Shown here piece by piece: positions 1 through 10,394 of a stretch of 64,000 bases of DNA (positions are counted from its first letter, which is position 1; each line of letters opens with the position of its first letter). The notes under the pieces were generated by a model that saw only the letters and a list, made by a program, of their open reading frames with translations, ran no database searches and was not told the DNA's origin. Made by a program: the position numbers and the translations under genes. This DNA is from Ferruginibacter sp. (GTDB lineage: Bacteria; Bacteroidota; Bacteroidia; Chitinophagales; Chitinophagaceae), in NCBI GenBank assembly GCA_025350645.1, contig JANXXM010000036.1, forward strand, positions 14,699 through 78,698, given 5' to 3'.

Positions 1-332
1 TTAAAAGCGGTTTTATTTTTATTTCTATTAAAAAACAATACCCCAGTTTGTATAACTGCAAATACGCCCAAAAGTGCACCCAGCAGGCGGTTCACATATT
101 CTATCCAGGTATGGTAAGCATTAAAAGTATGGTCTATATCCTGCACCCGCAGGTATTTTTCAAAGTCTGGCGGCAGTTCATTTGCATTGGTGGGGGGTAT
201 CCACATACCAAAGCATTTAGGCCAGTCCGGGCAGCCCATGCCGCTTTGTGTGGTGCGTACGATGCCGCCTGCAATAATCACTAAAAAGGTAAGAATAAAA
301 GTGGCAAGCACCCAGTTTTTTGCTGCACGCAT
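1..332 (-). CDS. ctaA: Heme A synthase (COX15/CtaA family), 5' part; runs off the left edge
   Basis: Not in the ORF track. Hand translation of the minus strand from ATG at 332 gives MRAAKNWVLATFILTFLVIIAGGIVRTTQSGMGCPDWPKCFG...HTWIEYVNRLLGALLGV. GCPDWPxC and WIEYxNR are CtaA motifs; the frame stays open to base 1. Confidence 0.9.
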   Translation of the reverse strand, partial: MRAAKNWVLATFILTFLVIIAGGIVRTTQSGMGCPDWPKCFGMWIPPTNANELPPDFEKYLRVQDIDHTFNAYHTWIEYVNRLLGALLGVFAVIQTGVLFFNRNKNKTAF

Positions 333-350
333 GTGTGTAAAAAGTTCGTA

Positions 351-358
351 CAAAGTTA
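351..358 (-). promoter_or_regulatory. Bacteroidota sigma-70 -7 element (TAACTTTG) for ctaA
   Basis: Exact TAnnTTTG match 19 nt upstream of the ctaA ATG; divergent from rnhB. Confidence 0.6.
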
Positions 359-406
359 CGCAAACATGCTGCTACATTTCGTGTAAAAAAAGGATATTTG
401 CAGTGC

Positions 407-988
407 ATGCTTTTACCCTATTTATATAAAACAAAAAAAGAGGTCGGGCTGGATGAAGCAGGGCGTGGCTGCTATGCCGGACCCGTATTTGCTGCTGCGG
501 TAATATTGCCAAAAGATTTTTATCACCCGCTGCTAAATGACAGCAAACAGGTTTCTGAAAAAAACCGGGAGTTGCTAAGACCAATTATTGAGAAAGAAAG
601 TATTGCATTTTCTGTAGCAGCTGTTTGCAATAATGAAATAGACAGTATTAATATTTTACAGGCATCTTTTAAAGCCATGCACCTTGCACTGGATGCACTG
701 AATGCCAAGCCGGATATGCTGCTTGTGGATGGAAATAGATTTAAAATATACAGGCAAGTAAAACATACCTGCATTATAAAAGGAGATGGTATTTACACCT
801 CCATTGCTGCTGCAAGTATACTGGCAAAAACCTACAGAGATGAGTATATGAAAACCATACACCAGGAATACAGCTACTACGGCTGGAACGATAATAAGGG
901 CTATGGCACTGCATTTCACAGGAATGCGATAGAAAAAAACGGGCTGAGCAGATACCATCGCAAGAGCTTTAATATTATGCCGCAATAA
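407..988 (+). CDS. rnhB: Ribonuclease HII
   Basis: GLDEAGRG..GPV.AAAV, LNDSK, DGN, KGD...SIAAASILAKTYRD and NKGYGT motifs; ATG at 407 preferred over TTG at 398. Confidence 0.95.
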   Translation: MLLPYLYKTKKEVGLDEAGRGCYAGPVFAAAVILPKDFYHPLLNDSKQVSEKNRELLRPIIEKESIAFSVAAVCNNEIDSINILQASFKAMHLALDALNAKPDMLLVDGNRFKIYRQVKHTCIIKGDGIYTSIAAASILAKTYRDEYMKTIHQEYSYYGWNDNKGYGTAFHRNAIEKNGLSRYHRKSFNIMPQ

Positions 989-1025
989 CGACCGATCACA
1001 TCAGCATAAATATCATTTTTCTATT

Positions 1026-2132
1026 TTATAATATCCACTTCAGGCAAACAGGATTGCCCACTTCTATTTTTTTTCCGGTATCGCTTATCAACCCCGTTTC
1101 TTTATCTCTTTTAAAAATGATGATGTTATCACTTTTTTGATTTGCAACCAGCAAAAAATTTCCGGTAGGGTCAAAATTGAAATTACGTGGTGCTTCGCCC
1201 AGGGTAGAGGTATTGTTTATAAATGTTAGCAATCCTGTTTTTTTATTAATGCTAAAAATCGTTATGCTGTTGCTTTCGCCCCGGTTGCTGCAGTATAAAA
1301 ATTTTCCATCCGGCGATACATGAATATCTGCACTGCCCATAAAACCAGTAAATCCTTTTGGCGCTGCACTTATATTTTGCAACAGCGAAAGTGTACCTTT
1401 TTTATATTTATATACTGCTATAGCGCCGGTAAGTTCTTCTATAAGATAAGCATATTTATTATTGGTAGAAAAATCGATATGCCGTGGTCCGGCACCAGCT
1501 TCGGCCTGTACAAAAGGTTGTTTAGCAAGAGTGAGTATACCGTTTTTTTTGTTAAAACGGTAGATCATTACTTTGTCCATACCCAAATCTGGCACAAAAA
1601 GAAATTTACCATTTTTAGAAAAATAAGTACAATGCACATGTGCTTTTTCTTGCCGCTCTTTGTTTGTGCTGCTGCCTGTGTGTTGTGTAAAAGTGCCTGT
1701 TCCCAACGAGCCGTTTTCTGCTACAGGTAATACTGCAATACTGCCACCCGTATAATTGCCTGCAGTAACCCATTTACCCGTTTTATCTATAGCCACATAG
1801 CAGGGATGATCTCCGCCGGAAGGTTGCTTGTTTATAAATGTAAGCATTCCGTTATTCTTATCAAAGCTATATGCAGCAACGCTTCCACCAATATTATTGT
1901 TGTTGCCTTCTTCATACACGGCATATACATTTTTTTGGTTTAGGCTCACCGCAAGGTATGATGGGTTAGGGCATTTTACACTGCTCAGTTTCTCAAAATC
2001 GCCGGTACTACTATTAAAATTATACACATAAATGCCTTCACTTTTACCGCTAGTATAAGTTCCAATAAGCAGTTGATGCATTTGTGCTTTGGCACCAAGT
2101 GTTATCAAAAATAATAGTGGTATAAGTTTCAT
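1026..2132 (-). CDS. pgl: 6-phosphogluconolactonase / lactonase family beta-propeller
   Basis: GTYT..SEGIY, NPSYL, HPCYV, NYTGGS, HVH, DLGMD, GPRH and PRNF motifs; signal peptide. Confidence 0.85.
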   Translation of the reverse strand: MKLIPLLFLITLGAKAQMHQLLIGTYTSGKSEGIYVYNFNSSTGDFEKLSSVKCPNPSYLAVSLNQKNVYAVYEEGNNNNIGGSVAAYSFDKNNGMLTFINKQPSGGDHPCYVAIDKTGKWVTAGNYTGGSIAVLPVAENGSLGTGTFTQHTGSSTNKERQEKAHVHCTYFSKNGKFLFVPDLGMDKVMIYRFNKKNGILTLAKQPFVQAEAGAGPRHIDFSTNNKYAYLIEELTGAIAVYKYKKGTLSLLQNISAAPKGFTGFMGSADIHVSPDGKFLYCSNRGESNSITIFSINKKTGLLTFINNTSTLGEAPRNFNFDPTGNFLLVANQKSDNIIIFKRDKETGLISDTGKKIEVGNPVCLKWIL

Positions 2133-2466
2133 ATAAAATATTTAATGGTCATTAAAAATATAATTATCGTAAAGTAATTAATAAATAACACAGAAATATT
2201 TTTATACCTAATGTTTTTGAATCACAGTGGCATTAAGGCATCATGGTCACAAGGAGATAATATTGATTTTTTTTGGTTACGTCTCTTCTTCGTTACTTAA
2301 TAGTTTAAAAAATTGTATCAAACAAAAGCAGTTAATCAAGCCCTATTTTCTCTCCACATAATTGCAGTTAAGATTTACACTGACTCTCCGGTAAAGTTTG
2401 TTTCATTAATGGAGCATTCCAATATCATCTAAATAATAAGAACCAATTGTAAAAATAATTCTTTGA

Positions 2467-4929
2467 TTATTGTTCCGCATTTGCGTTTCCGCTATTTTCT
2501 TTTTCTTCTGTTTTTTTAAATTCCAGCCTGCCAAATTTCCATGTAAAATTTATACCGATAGAGCGAAAGGGTATGCTGCGTTCGCCATTCACCGTAAAAT
2601 TGGGTCCGTATAAAATAGTTTGTTGTTTTAAATAAGTTGCAAAGGGATTGGTAGCAGTAAGTGCCACGCTGCCTTTCTTTTTCCAGAATTGTTTGCGTAT
2701 TGCCGTGCTGTAACTGGTAAAGGAAGGGTAACTGCCCTGCGCCTCTTTTCGGGGTGAATTAAAATTGCCAAACAGCTCTGCCACCAGCGTATTTGCGAAC
2801 TGGTAACTGACATTCACATTAATGCGGTAATTAAAACTATTGTTGTTAAGCCCTTTGTCAATAACGTTTATGGTATGGCGTTTAAAGAAAGCCACATTAC
2901 TTCTCAGGTTAAATTTAGAAGTAAAATGCGCATCAGCAAAAAGGTTTAAACCAAGGTTATTTTCCCGGCCAATATTTTGCCGGGTGCTTACTGCCACATT
3001 CGTAAAAGTAGAATCGCCCACAGCAAAAGAGGGATAGTAAACAATGTAGGGCTGTATATCATTTTCATTTACTCTGTAAAAAAAGTTTGCCATAAATGAA
3101 CCTGCTTTACCCAGGTTTTTGCTATACCCCAGTTCGTACCGGTAGCCCAGCTCCGGTTTTAAAAACGGGTTACCAGTGCTGAGGTTTTTAGGATCTGTTG
3201 TATTTACAAATGGGTTCAGCCCTTCATAATCCGGCCGCTCTATGCGTTTGGAAAAACTTAGTTTTATGGTTTGATTTTCATCCAGCTTTTTAGATAAAAA
3301 TACGGATGGTACAAACGTATTATAGCCAGGCACTTTTACCTGCTGCTGTGCATTGGAGTAGTACGCATTTATTGCTGTGCGCTCATATCGTCCACCCAGT
3401 TTTGCATCGAATAATTTTGTTACTTTAAAAGTAAGCTCGGCATATACAGCATATACTTGCTGCTTGTAATTTAAACTATTGGAAAGCGATTTATCTGCAT
3501 AATAATTTTTAGAAGCAGGCTGGTAGCTGCTTACATCGGCCGTGCTGCCTATATCGTACAAACTTACTTTACTGCCCACGCCCAGTTTTACATCGTTTGC
3601 AAAAGGCTGTGTATAATCAACAGCAAGCTCGCCCTGTTTAATTTTTGCAGGGTTGTAGCTCTTGGTACCAAAGTATAAAGAATCCTGTGGCTTTGCATAT
3701 TGTGCAGCAAAAGAATTACCACTGTTATTGCTATTGCCGCCTGTAATGCTTACCTCCAGTTCCTGATCTTCTTTTGCAAATTTTCTTTTATAATTAAGTG
3801 AAGCATCTATATTATTATACAAATATTTATTGCCGGAATTTATTATAGTAAGCACTCCGGGCGCACCACTATTTTTATCTAATAGTAAAGATTGGTTATT
3901 ATACCCACTGCCATCAAAAGAAAAATAATTATAGGAAATATTGCCGGAAAAACTATTTACTTTTTTCACGGTCCAGTCAAAACCCAGCCCCGTTTGAATA
4001 CCCTGCCGCTGAAAACGCCTTACAGATTGCTGGTCTAAAATGCTGGTAATATTGGCAGCATTTGTAATACGGGTATTGCTATTTAATTCATTAGAAGGTA
4101 ATCTCTTGCTGCCGCTCACAAAAGCTTTTATGCCAAAGTTATTGTTGCGCAAATTAAAATTAAAAGAACCATTTTCATTTCTTGTGCCAGCGGTTACAGA
4201 TAAGTTTCCGTTATAACCCTTGCTGTTGCTGGTTTTTAAAATAATATTGATGATACCGCCCAGCCCTTGTGCATCGTACTTTGCACCGGGGTTTGTAATT
4301 ACTTCCACCGTTTTTATCTGGCTTGCCGGTATAGATTGTAACACATCTGCCACATTACTGCCAAAGGCTGATGATGGCTTTCCATTTATTAAAAAGCGTA
4401 TACCACTATTACCGGATAGCTGCACATTGCCATCTGCATCAATAGAAACCTGTGGTATTTTTTTTAATATATCGGTGGCCACACCGCCCTGTGAGGTAAC
4501 ATCTTTTTCTGCATTAAAAATCATTTTATCAATTTTGTTTTCTATCAGTTTAGATTGTGCTACAACAGTAACACCTGCCAGCGTATTTTTTTGTGCAGTT
4601 AGCGTTATTATTTTAAGATTTGTACTGCCATCTTTTTTATCCAGTTTCACATCTGCTAAAGTATATGACTGGTAGCCCAGGTTTTCGAATAGTATATTAA
4701 AAGTGCCTGCAGGTATTTCTGTTAGTGTAAAACTGCCCTGTGCGTTTGTGGTAGTGCCTGTTACTGGCTTGCTGTTTCCTTTTATGTACACCGTTACTGT
4801 GCCATATTCCAATGGTTTTTTGGTAGCGGCATCTGTTACTATACCAGTAATGCTGTTATTACCACTAACCTGTGCAGTGGCAAAAATGTTGAGGATTATA
4901 AAAGGTACAAGTAATATTAATGTTTTCAT
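2467..4929 (-). CDS. TonB-dependent receptor (outer-membrane beta-barrel family) with carboxypeptidase-like N-terminal domain
   Basis: Signal peptide, ITG.VTD...KPLEYGTV, IENKIDK..FN, EVITNPGAKYDAQG.GGIINI plug motif, barrel ending in FTWKFG. Confidence 0.9.
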   Translation of the reverse strand: MKTLILLVPFIILNIFATAQVSGNNSITGIVTDAATKKPLEYGTVTVYIKGNSKPVTGTTTNAQGSFTLTEIPAGTFNILFENLGYQSYTLADVKLDKKDGSTNLKIITLTAQKNTLAGVTVVAQSKLIENKIDKMIFNAEKDVTSQGGVATDILKKIPQVSIDADGNVQLSGNSGIRFLINGKPSSAFGSNVADVLQSIPASQIKTVEVITNPGAKYDAQGLGGIINIILKTSNSKGYNGNLSVTAGTRNENGSFNFNLRNNNFGIKAFVSGSKRLPSNELNSNTRITNAANITSILDQQSVRRFQRQGIQTGLGFDWTVKKVNSFSGNISYNYFSFDGSGYNNQSLLLDKNSGAPGVLTIINSGNKYLYNNIDASLNYKRKFAKEDQELEVSITGGNSNNSGNSFAAQYAKPQDSLYFGTKSYNPAKIKQGELAVDYTQPFANDVKLGVGSKVSLYDIGSTADVSSYQPASKNYYADKSLSNSLNYKQQVYAVYAELTFKVTKLFDAKLGGRYERTAINAYYSNAQQQVKVPGYNTFVPSVFLSKKLDENQTIKLSFSKRIERPDYEGLNPFVNTTDPKNLSTGNPFLKPELGYRYELGYSKNLGKAGSFMANFFYRVNENDIQPYIVYYPSFAVGDSTFTNVAVSTRQNIGRENNLGLNLFADAHFTSKFNLRSNVAFFKRHTINVIDKGLNNNSFNYRINVNVSYQFANTLVAELFGNFNSPRKEAQGSYPSFTSYSTAIRKQFWKKKGSVALTATNPFATYLKQQTILYGPNFTVNGERSIPFRSIGINFTWKFGRLEFKKTEEKENSGNANAEQ

Positions 4930-5108
4930 TTACATGGTTTAAGGTCGGGCGCAAATGTCCGCAGCAATTCTGTATAAATATTGTTTTAATAAAAAAAAGT
5001 GTCATTAGTTTTTTAGATGGTATACTTGTTGGATGAATGGTTGTGTGTTGATTAAAACAGAAACGCATTTATTTTATACTTACATTTATAGCCCAAAATA
5101 TTTTAATT

Positions 5109-5453
5109 ATGAATATAGTTTACGGCACTTTTATTTTATCTAAAAATAATGACCAGTACAGTGGCGAATTTTTTAATAATAAAATGAAAGCCTTTTCCAG
5201 AGAGGAAATAAACGCTATTGAAACCCCGGATGAAGATCTTTTTGTAGGAAGATTTGATGTATACTGGCAGGAACAAAATGGTAGTGTAAGCGCACTGCTG
5301 GAAATAGATAAAGAGGGAGATGAAATGTATATGCTTACCTGGCAGGATGTGCGGCTTAATGGCGAATCGCAAACCGTAAATTTTACCGGCAGAGGTGTAA
5401 AAAGAAATGGGTTGCTGGTATGTGTATACGAAATGCACACACAAGGGCTTTAA
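5109..5453 (+). CDS. Hypothetical protein (114 aa, acidic, beta-rich)
   Basis: ATG-started ORF filling the gap between convergent/divergent neighbours; no family recognised. Confidence 0.6.
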   Translation: MNIVYGTFILSKNNDQYSGEFFNNKMKAFSREEINAIETPDEDLFVGRFDVYWQEQNGSVSALLEIDKEGDEMYMLTWQDVRLNGESQTVNFTGRGVKRNGLLVCVYEMHTQGL

Positions 5454-5456
5454 ATT

Positions 5457-6065
5457 TTATCCTTCAAATACAGCAAGTCCTTCTCTTGTTACCATCCACT
5501 CGGCTGTAGTACAATCTACAATAGTAGATGGTATCATACCGCCAATGCCACCATCTATTACGAAATCCACCTCATGTTTAAATTTTTCAAAAATTACTTC
5601 GGGGTCGGTATACTCTTCTATCATATCGCCGGGTAAAGATGCACTCAATATGGGGTGGCCCACCGCCTGTGCTAGGGCAAGGCAAATATTATTATCCGGT
5701 ATACGCAGGCCAATGGTACTTTTTTTACTTTGCAATATTTTTGGCACCTGCTTGCTTGCGGGCAGTATAAAAGTAAATGCACCAGGCAAGTGGTTTTTAA
5801 GCATTCTGTATAAAGGTGTATCTATACTTTTGGTATAATCGCTTAGGTCGCTAAGGTCTTTGCAAATAAAAGACAGTTGTGCCTTTGCAGGATCTACGCC
5901 TTTTATCCGGCAAATTTTTTCTATGGCATTTTTTTGTAAAATATCGCAGCCCATACCATAAATAGTATCGGTGGGGTAAATGATAATACCACCATCCAGC
6001 ATACACTCTGCCAGTTGTTTTATAAGCCTCGGCTGCGGGTTATCCGGGTGAATGTGTAGAAGCAT
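5457..6065 (-). CDS. Sua5/YciO/YrdC family (L-threonylcarbamoyladenylate synthase-like)
   Basis: IIYPTDTIYG.GC, LPGAFTFIL, TIGLRIPD, S.SLP, DGG.G...PSTIVD motifs. Confidence 0.9.
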   Translation of the reverse strand: MLLHIHPDNPQPRLIKQLAECMLDGGIIIYPTDTIYGMGCDILQKNAIEKICRIKGVDPAKAQLSFICKDLSDLSDYTKSIDTPLYRMLKNHLPGAFTFILPASKQVPKILQSKKSTIGLRIPDNNICLALAQAVGHPILSASLPGDMIEEYTDPEVIFEKFKHEVDFVIDGGIGGMIPSTIVDCTTAEWMVTREGLAVFEG

Positions 6066-6150
6066 AATATTGAGTATTGGGTATTAAGATATTTGAAGGG
6101 AGATACAAGACACAAAATGTTAGATACAAGATTTATCAATCAATTATTCA

Positions 6151-7908
6151 TCATTCAACATTCATCCCTCCTCCTGCTTCTGCTAAAAAATCTTTTATTC
6201 CTGCCACAATTTTATCTGCTATCTTTTGCTGAAATTCTGGATCTAAAATGAGCATTTCTTCCTCGGGGTTACTAAGAAATAATGTTTCTACCAGTGCATT
6301 GGGATATTCCGTAGGGCTGTTGAGCATAAAATTAAAAGATCCATTGTTGCCATATTCTTTTAAGCCAAGCTGCAGCATGCGAAGGTTTATAAAATAACTT
6401 AGTTTTCTAAAACCCACATAGCGGTAAAAGGTACTCGTGCCACCCGCTCTCAGCGGATCGCCGGAAGAATTTAAGTGAATGCTAATCAACAAATCCGGTG
6501 TGTTATCCCTATAAATAAGTATACGTTCTTTATTATCTACAAATTTTTCTGTGGTGCGGGTCATTAATACTTTTGCACCTTCTTGCTGCAAAGCTATTTG
6601 AAGTTTTAAGGATACTGCCAGTGCAAGATCTTTTTCGGCAACACCTGTAGGGCCACCGGCGCCGGTATTACTGCCGCCATGCCCTGCATCTACCGCCACT
6701 GTTAGGTTTCGCAGCAATAAACTTTTGGGCTGCTGTTTTATTTTTATTAGCAGATTATTGCCCCGGTAATAAATACTGTGCCCCCAGTGCTGTTGGTGTT
6801 TGAGGTAAATGCTTATACGAAATATACCATCACTCACCTGCTCATAATCTACATTTTTTATTTCTTTTACATTCTGCAACTGGCTTATCCAGTTAGTATT
6901 ATTGGTAGCGCCAAATACATCTACCACTATTTTTGAAGGGTCTGTTAACTGCATAGACTGGTAGGGTAGTTTTGCCGTAAGCCCCACGCTCACATAATCA
7001 AAATTATTATCGCCATATACCTGCCACCTGTCTGTGAGCGCATAGCCTGCAAAAGTACCTTTGGGGGCAAGGGTTACAACATCATCTGGTATATATGCAC
7101 TGCGACCCGGCGATAAAAATACTTTGTAATGCGTGCCCACTTTGCCCAATATTTTCAGTGGTATCATACTGTCTAAATAGCCCACTTTTGCTCCGCCTAG
7201 CCTGTCATCGCCCAGGCCATATTCCAGGTGGGCAAGCCTGCCTTTTGTAAAACATACATCAGAACTTAACGGAGATAAAATGGCGAATGTATTAGCAGTT
7301 TCTTTGGTAATTTTCTGTCCGTCGGCTCCTGTAATAGTTACCGGTATTCTCATGGCAGCAAAATTATCTGTAGCTTTTATAATGTACTCGCCCTGGTAAA
7401 TACCCGCCATCCCTTTTGTTTGGGTTAATGGCATTTCGTATAATGCTGCACCATTTATGGTTGCTACATTTGCTCCCGAAAAAGCTTTTACGCTAAACTG
7501 TATTTTATCGCCCACTGCCAATACCAAATTTCCTTCGGGGTAAGTTTGTATGCTTTGTATACCCAATGCCTGCACAGGTTCTTCCGGCTTTGCCTTTGTG
7601 TAAGTGTAATAAATAGTTTTACTAATTGTTTTGCCCGCCTGGCTTGTGGCAGTTATTTTAAAAGCTGTATCGCCCTCTGCTACATTTATTTCGTAAGCAA
7701 TAGCACCGGTAGGGTACACTTTTACTGGCTTTTCATTTATAAAAATTGTACAGGTTTTGCAGGTACTTCCAATTATAAACTGCCTTTTTGCAGTTACTGT
7801 ATTATTTTCTTTTAGCGGTTCTACCAGGCGTATAAAAGGGCTGCCAGTTTGTGCTTTTGCATTCCAAAAAGTACATAACAAACTAAAAATTAAAATAAAT
7901 TTATTCAT
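6151..7908 (-). CDS. N-acetylmuramoyl-L-alanine amidase (Amidase_3) with long N-terminal extension
   Basis: C-terminal VAVDAGHGG, EKD..L, MTRT, ISIHLNS and LVETLFLSN..EE zinc-amidase motifs; signal peptide. Confidence 0.9.
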   Translation of the reverse strand: MNKFILIFSLLCTFWNAKAQTGSPFIRLVEPLKENNTVTAKRQFIIGSTCKTCTIFINEKPVKVYPTGAIAYEINVAEGDTAFKITATSQAGKTISKTIYYTYTKAKPEEPVQALGIQSIQTYPEGNLVLAVGDKIQFSVKAFSGANVATINGAALYEMPLTQTKGMAGIYQGEYIIKATDNFAAMRIPVTITGADGQKITKETANTFAILSPLSSDVCFTKGRLAHLEYGLGDDRLGGAKVGYLDSMIPLKILGKVGTHYKVFLSPGRSAYIPDDVVTLAPKGTFAGYALTDRWQVYGDNNFDYVSVGLTAKLPYQSMQLTDPSKIVVDVFGATNNTNWISQLQNVKEIKNVDYEQVSDGIFRISIYLKHQQHWGHSIYYRGNNLLIKIKQQPKSLLLRNLTVAVDAGHGGSNTGAGGPTGVAEKDLALAVSLKLQIALQQEGAKVLMTRTTEKFVDNKERILIYRDNTPDLLISIHLNSSGDPLRAGGTSTFYRYVGFRKLSYFINLRMLQLGLKEYGNNGSFNFMLNSPTEYPNALVETLFLSNPEEEMLILDPEFQQKIADKIVAGIKDFLAEAGGGMNVE

Positions 7909-7977
7909 TGTATAAATATAGTTATAGGATTAATTATTTAGTTCGCAAAAGCCTATTACCAATAGCTATCATCGTAT

Positions 7978-8007
7978 TTACTTTTTTTGCTTGATCAAAA
8001 AAAGTAA
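7978..8007. repeat. Perfect 12-bp inverted repeat TTACTTTTTTTG / CAAAAAAAGTAA at the start of a putative intergenic repeat element
   Basis: Arms 7978-7989 and 7996-8007 with a 6-nt loop, read directly. Confidence 0.75.
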
Positions 8008-8276
8008 CAAAAAAATTCAATGCTTCAAAAAAAAGCTAATAATTTAAGTATTTATCTAAAATGAAATCAATTACAACATTTGTGCAAAGCCAGGCATTTG
8101 TAGGACTTACCGTCGAAGAATATTTTCCAAACATTTGTAACAATGATTTTATTACTTAACGACAAACACCAAAAAAAATTTAATGCTTTTTTTCTAAGGT
8201 CGGTCAAAGACTGTATTTTGCAAACTAACAATTAATTCTAGGGTATATATTTCTTACTTTTTTCTACCTATCCTTT

Positions 8277-10184
8277 TTAACCCCTTTCACTCAGCTCCAG
8301 CCACTGCATTTCCTTTTCATCTAGCAGGGCAATAATGGCCGTAACCCTGTCTGATACTTTTTGTAGTTCTTCGTAAGCAAGGCTGGTACTCATTTTTGCT
8401 TCCAGCTCCTGCTTTTCTTTTTGTAAAGAAGGTATTTCTTTTTCTAAATTTTCAAAAGCTGTCTTTTCTTTGAACGATAATTTTTTTATAGCCGTTGCAG
8501 TAGTTTGTACTGTAGGCTTTTCTTCTTTTTTTTCCGGTAATGATATCATGTTCATTTTACCATCATCCGTTTTTGTACCAGCTTCTATTTCCTTTACATA
8601 ATTGCGGTACTGTGTGTAATTGCCTGGATAATCTTTTATTAATCCTTCTCCTTCAAAAGCAAAAAGGTGATCAACCATCCTGTCCATAAAATACCTGTCG
8701 TGGCTCACTATTAAAATACAACCGGGAAAGTCCATTAAAAATTCTTCCAGCGTGCGCAGCGTTTGCAAGTCCAGGTCGTTGGTAGGCTCATCTAATATTA
8801 AAAAATTAGGATTTAAAAAAAGCACACTCATTAAATGAAGCCTTCTTTTTTCGCCACCACTCAGTTTGCTCAGCGGTGTAAACTGCTGCTGTGCATTAAA
8901 ACCAAATTTCTCCATAAACATGCTGGCACTAAGCTTTGTACCATCTGCCAGCGGAAAATACTCTGCCATATCTTTTACATATTCTATAGCCCGTTTATCT
9001 TCTTTGTATTGCAGCCCCTCCTGGTTAAAGTTGCCAAACACTACCGTATCGCCATGATTTATTTTACCACTATCCGGCTCTTCCTGCAGCAACGCTATTT
9101 TTAAAAAAGTAGATTTACCCACGCCGTTTTTTCCTACAATACCAATGCGCTCGCCTCTTTTAAATGTATAATCAAAGCCCTTCATAATTACTTTATCGCC
9201 ATAAGATTTATTTACTTTTTTCATTTCTAAAATCTTACCGCCCAGCCTTGTCATTTTTACCTGCAGGCTCACTTCTGCATCTTCTTTTTTAAGCGATACT
9301 CTTTCTTCTACAGCCGCAAAAGCATCCTGCCTGCTTTTGCTTTTGGTGGTGCGGGCTTTAGGTTGCTTGCGCATCCACTCCAGTTCTTTTCTAAAAATAT
9401 TTTTGTCTTTTTGCAGTTCACTCGCTACGGCTTCCTGCCGCATACTTTTCTGCTCCAGAAAATAATCATAGTCTCCTTTGTACACAAAAAGTTTTTCATC
9501 ATCCATTTCTATGATTTCATTACACACTGCATCTAAAAAATAGCGGTCATGCGTTACAAGCAGTATCGTCATCCGGTGTGTTGAAAGAAAACCTTCCAGC
9601 CATTCTATCATGCCCACATCCAGGTGGTTGGTAGGTTCATCCAGTATAAGCAAGCAACGGCCTTCGTGCAATTGTGCTTCTATAAGAGATTGTGCCAGTG
9701 CTACTCTTTTGCGCTGCCCTCCGCTAAGGGTATTCATTTTTACTTCAATATCGTGCAGGTTTAGTTTGCCCAGTATTTGTTTCAGTTCGCTTTCAAAACT
9801 CCAGGCGCTCAGTTCATCCATGCGCCCCATAATATCTGCCAGCAAGTCCATATCTTCTATGCCTTCATCCAGGTATTGCTCATAAGCGTTTACGGTTTTT
9901 ATTACGGGGTTATCCAGCCGCAGTACATTATCCCTTATGCTTTTATCTTCCATAAAGGGGGTATCCTGCTGCAGCATAATCACTTTTACATCTTTGTGTA
10001 CCCATACGGTGCCTTCATCTGCAGTATCTAAGCCGGCAAATATTTTAAGTAATGTACTTTTTCCACTGCCATTGCGGGCCACAAAGGCTATTTTATCCCC
10101 TTCTTCCACATAAAACGAAATGTTTTTAAAAAGCGTTCTTATTCCGAAAGATTTTGTAATATTTTCTACTGAAGCGTAATGCAT
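8277..10184 (-). CDS. ABC-F family ATP-binding protein (Uup-like)
   Basis: Two ABC domains (ARNGSGKST/LSGGQ/DEPTNHLD; GKNGVGKST/LSGGE/DEPTNDLD), no TM segments, C-terminal coiled coil. Confidence 0.93.
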   Translation of the reverse strand: MHYASVENITKSFGIRTLFKNISFYVEEGDKIAFVARNGSGKSTLLKIFAGLDTADEGTVWVHKDVKVIMLQQDTPFMEDKSIRDNVLRLDNPVIKTVNAYEQYLDEGIEDMDLLADIMGRMDELSAWSFESELKQILGKLNLHDIEVKMNTLSGGQRKRVALAQSLIEAQLHEGRCLLILDEPTNHLDVGMIEWLEGFLSTHRMTILLVTHDRYFLDAVCNEIIEMDDEKLFVYKGDYDYFLEQKSMRQEAVASELQKDKNIFRKELEWMRKQPKARTTKSKSRQDAFAAVEERVSLKKEDAEVSLQVKMTRLGGKILEMKKVNKSYGDKVIMKGFDYTFKRGERIGIVGKNGVGKSTFLKIALLQEEPDSGKINHGDTVVFGNFNQEGLQYKEDKRAIEYVKDMAEYFPLADGTKLSASMFMEKFGFNAQQQFTPLSKLSGGEKRRLHLMSVLFLNPNFLILDEPTNDLDLQTLRTLEEFLMDFPGCILIVSHDRYFMDRMVDHLFAFEGEGLIKDYPGNYTQYRNYVKEIEAGTKTDDGKMNMISLPEKKEEKPTVQTTATAIKKLSFKEKTAFENLEKEIPSLQKEKQELEAKMSTSLAYEELQKVSDRVTAIIALLDEKEMQWLELSERG

Positions 10185-10188
10185 GGGG

Positions 10189-10196
10189 CAAAGATA
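10189..10196 (-). promoter_or_regulatory. -7 element TATCTTTG for the ABC-F gene
   Basis: Exact TAnnTTTG match a few nt upstream of the ATG. Confidence 0.55.
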
Positions 10197-10394
10197 GGGC
10201 GGGGAGAATTGATAGCGGGTTTAGAAGTGCTACTAATACTGTTTGAGAGCCACACAATACCGTAATAGCATAAGTTTTTTCAAGTTTAAAATCTATATCT
10301 TCGCCGCCGAAAATATAAAGGAATATATAATATTTTAATAAGGGGTTATGCAGGTTTTATTGGTACTGGCACAAGTATTGAATAAAAGTGTTTA

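Noticed and set aside
2230-2445. Possible GxxExxY-type gene remnant on the minus strand (SQCKS*LQLCGEKIGL) next to a CATTAAG motif
   Set aside because: Similarity is too weak to support without a tBLASTn search
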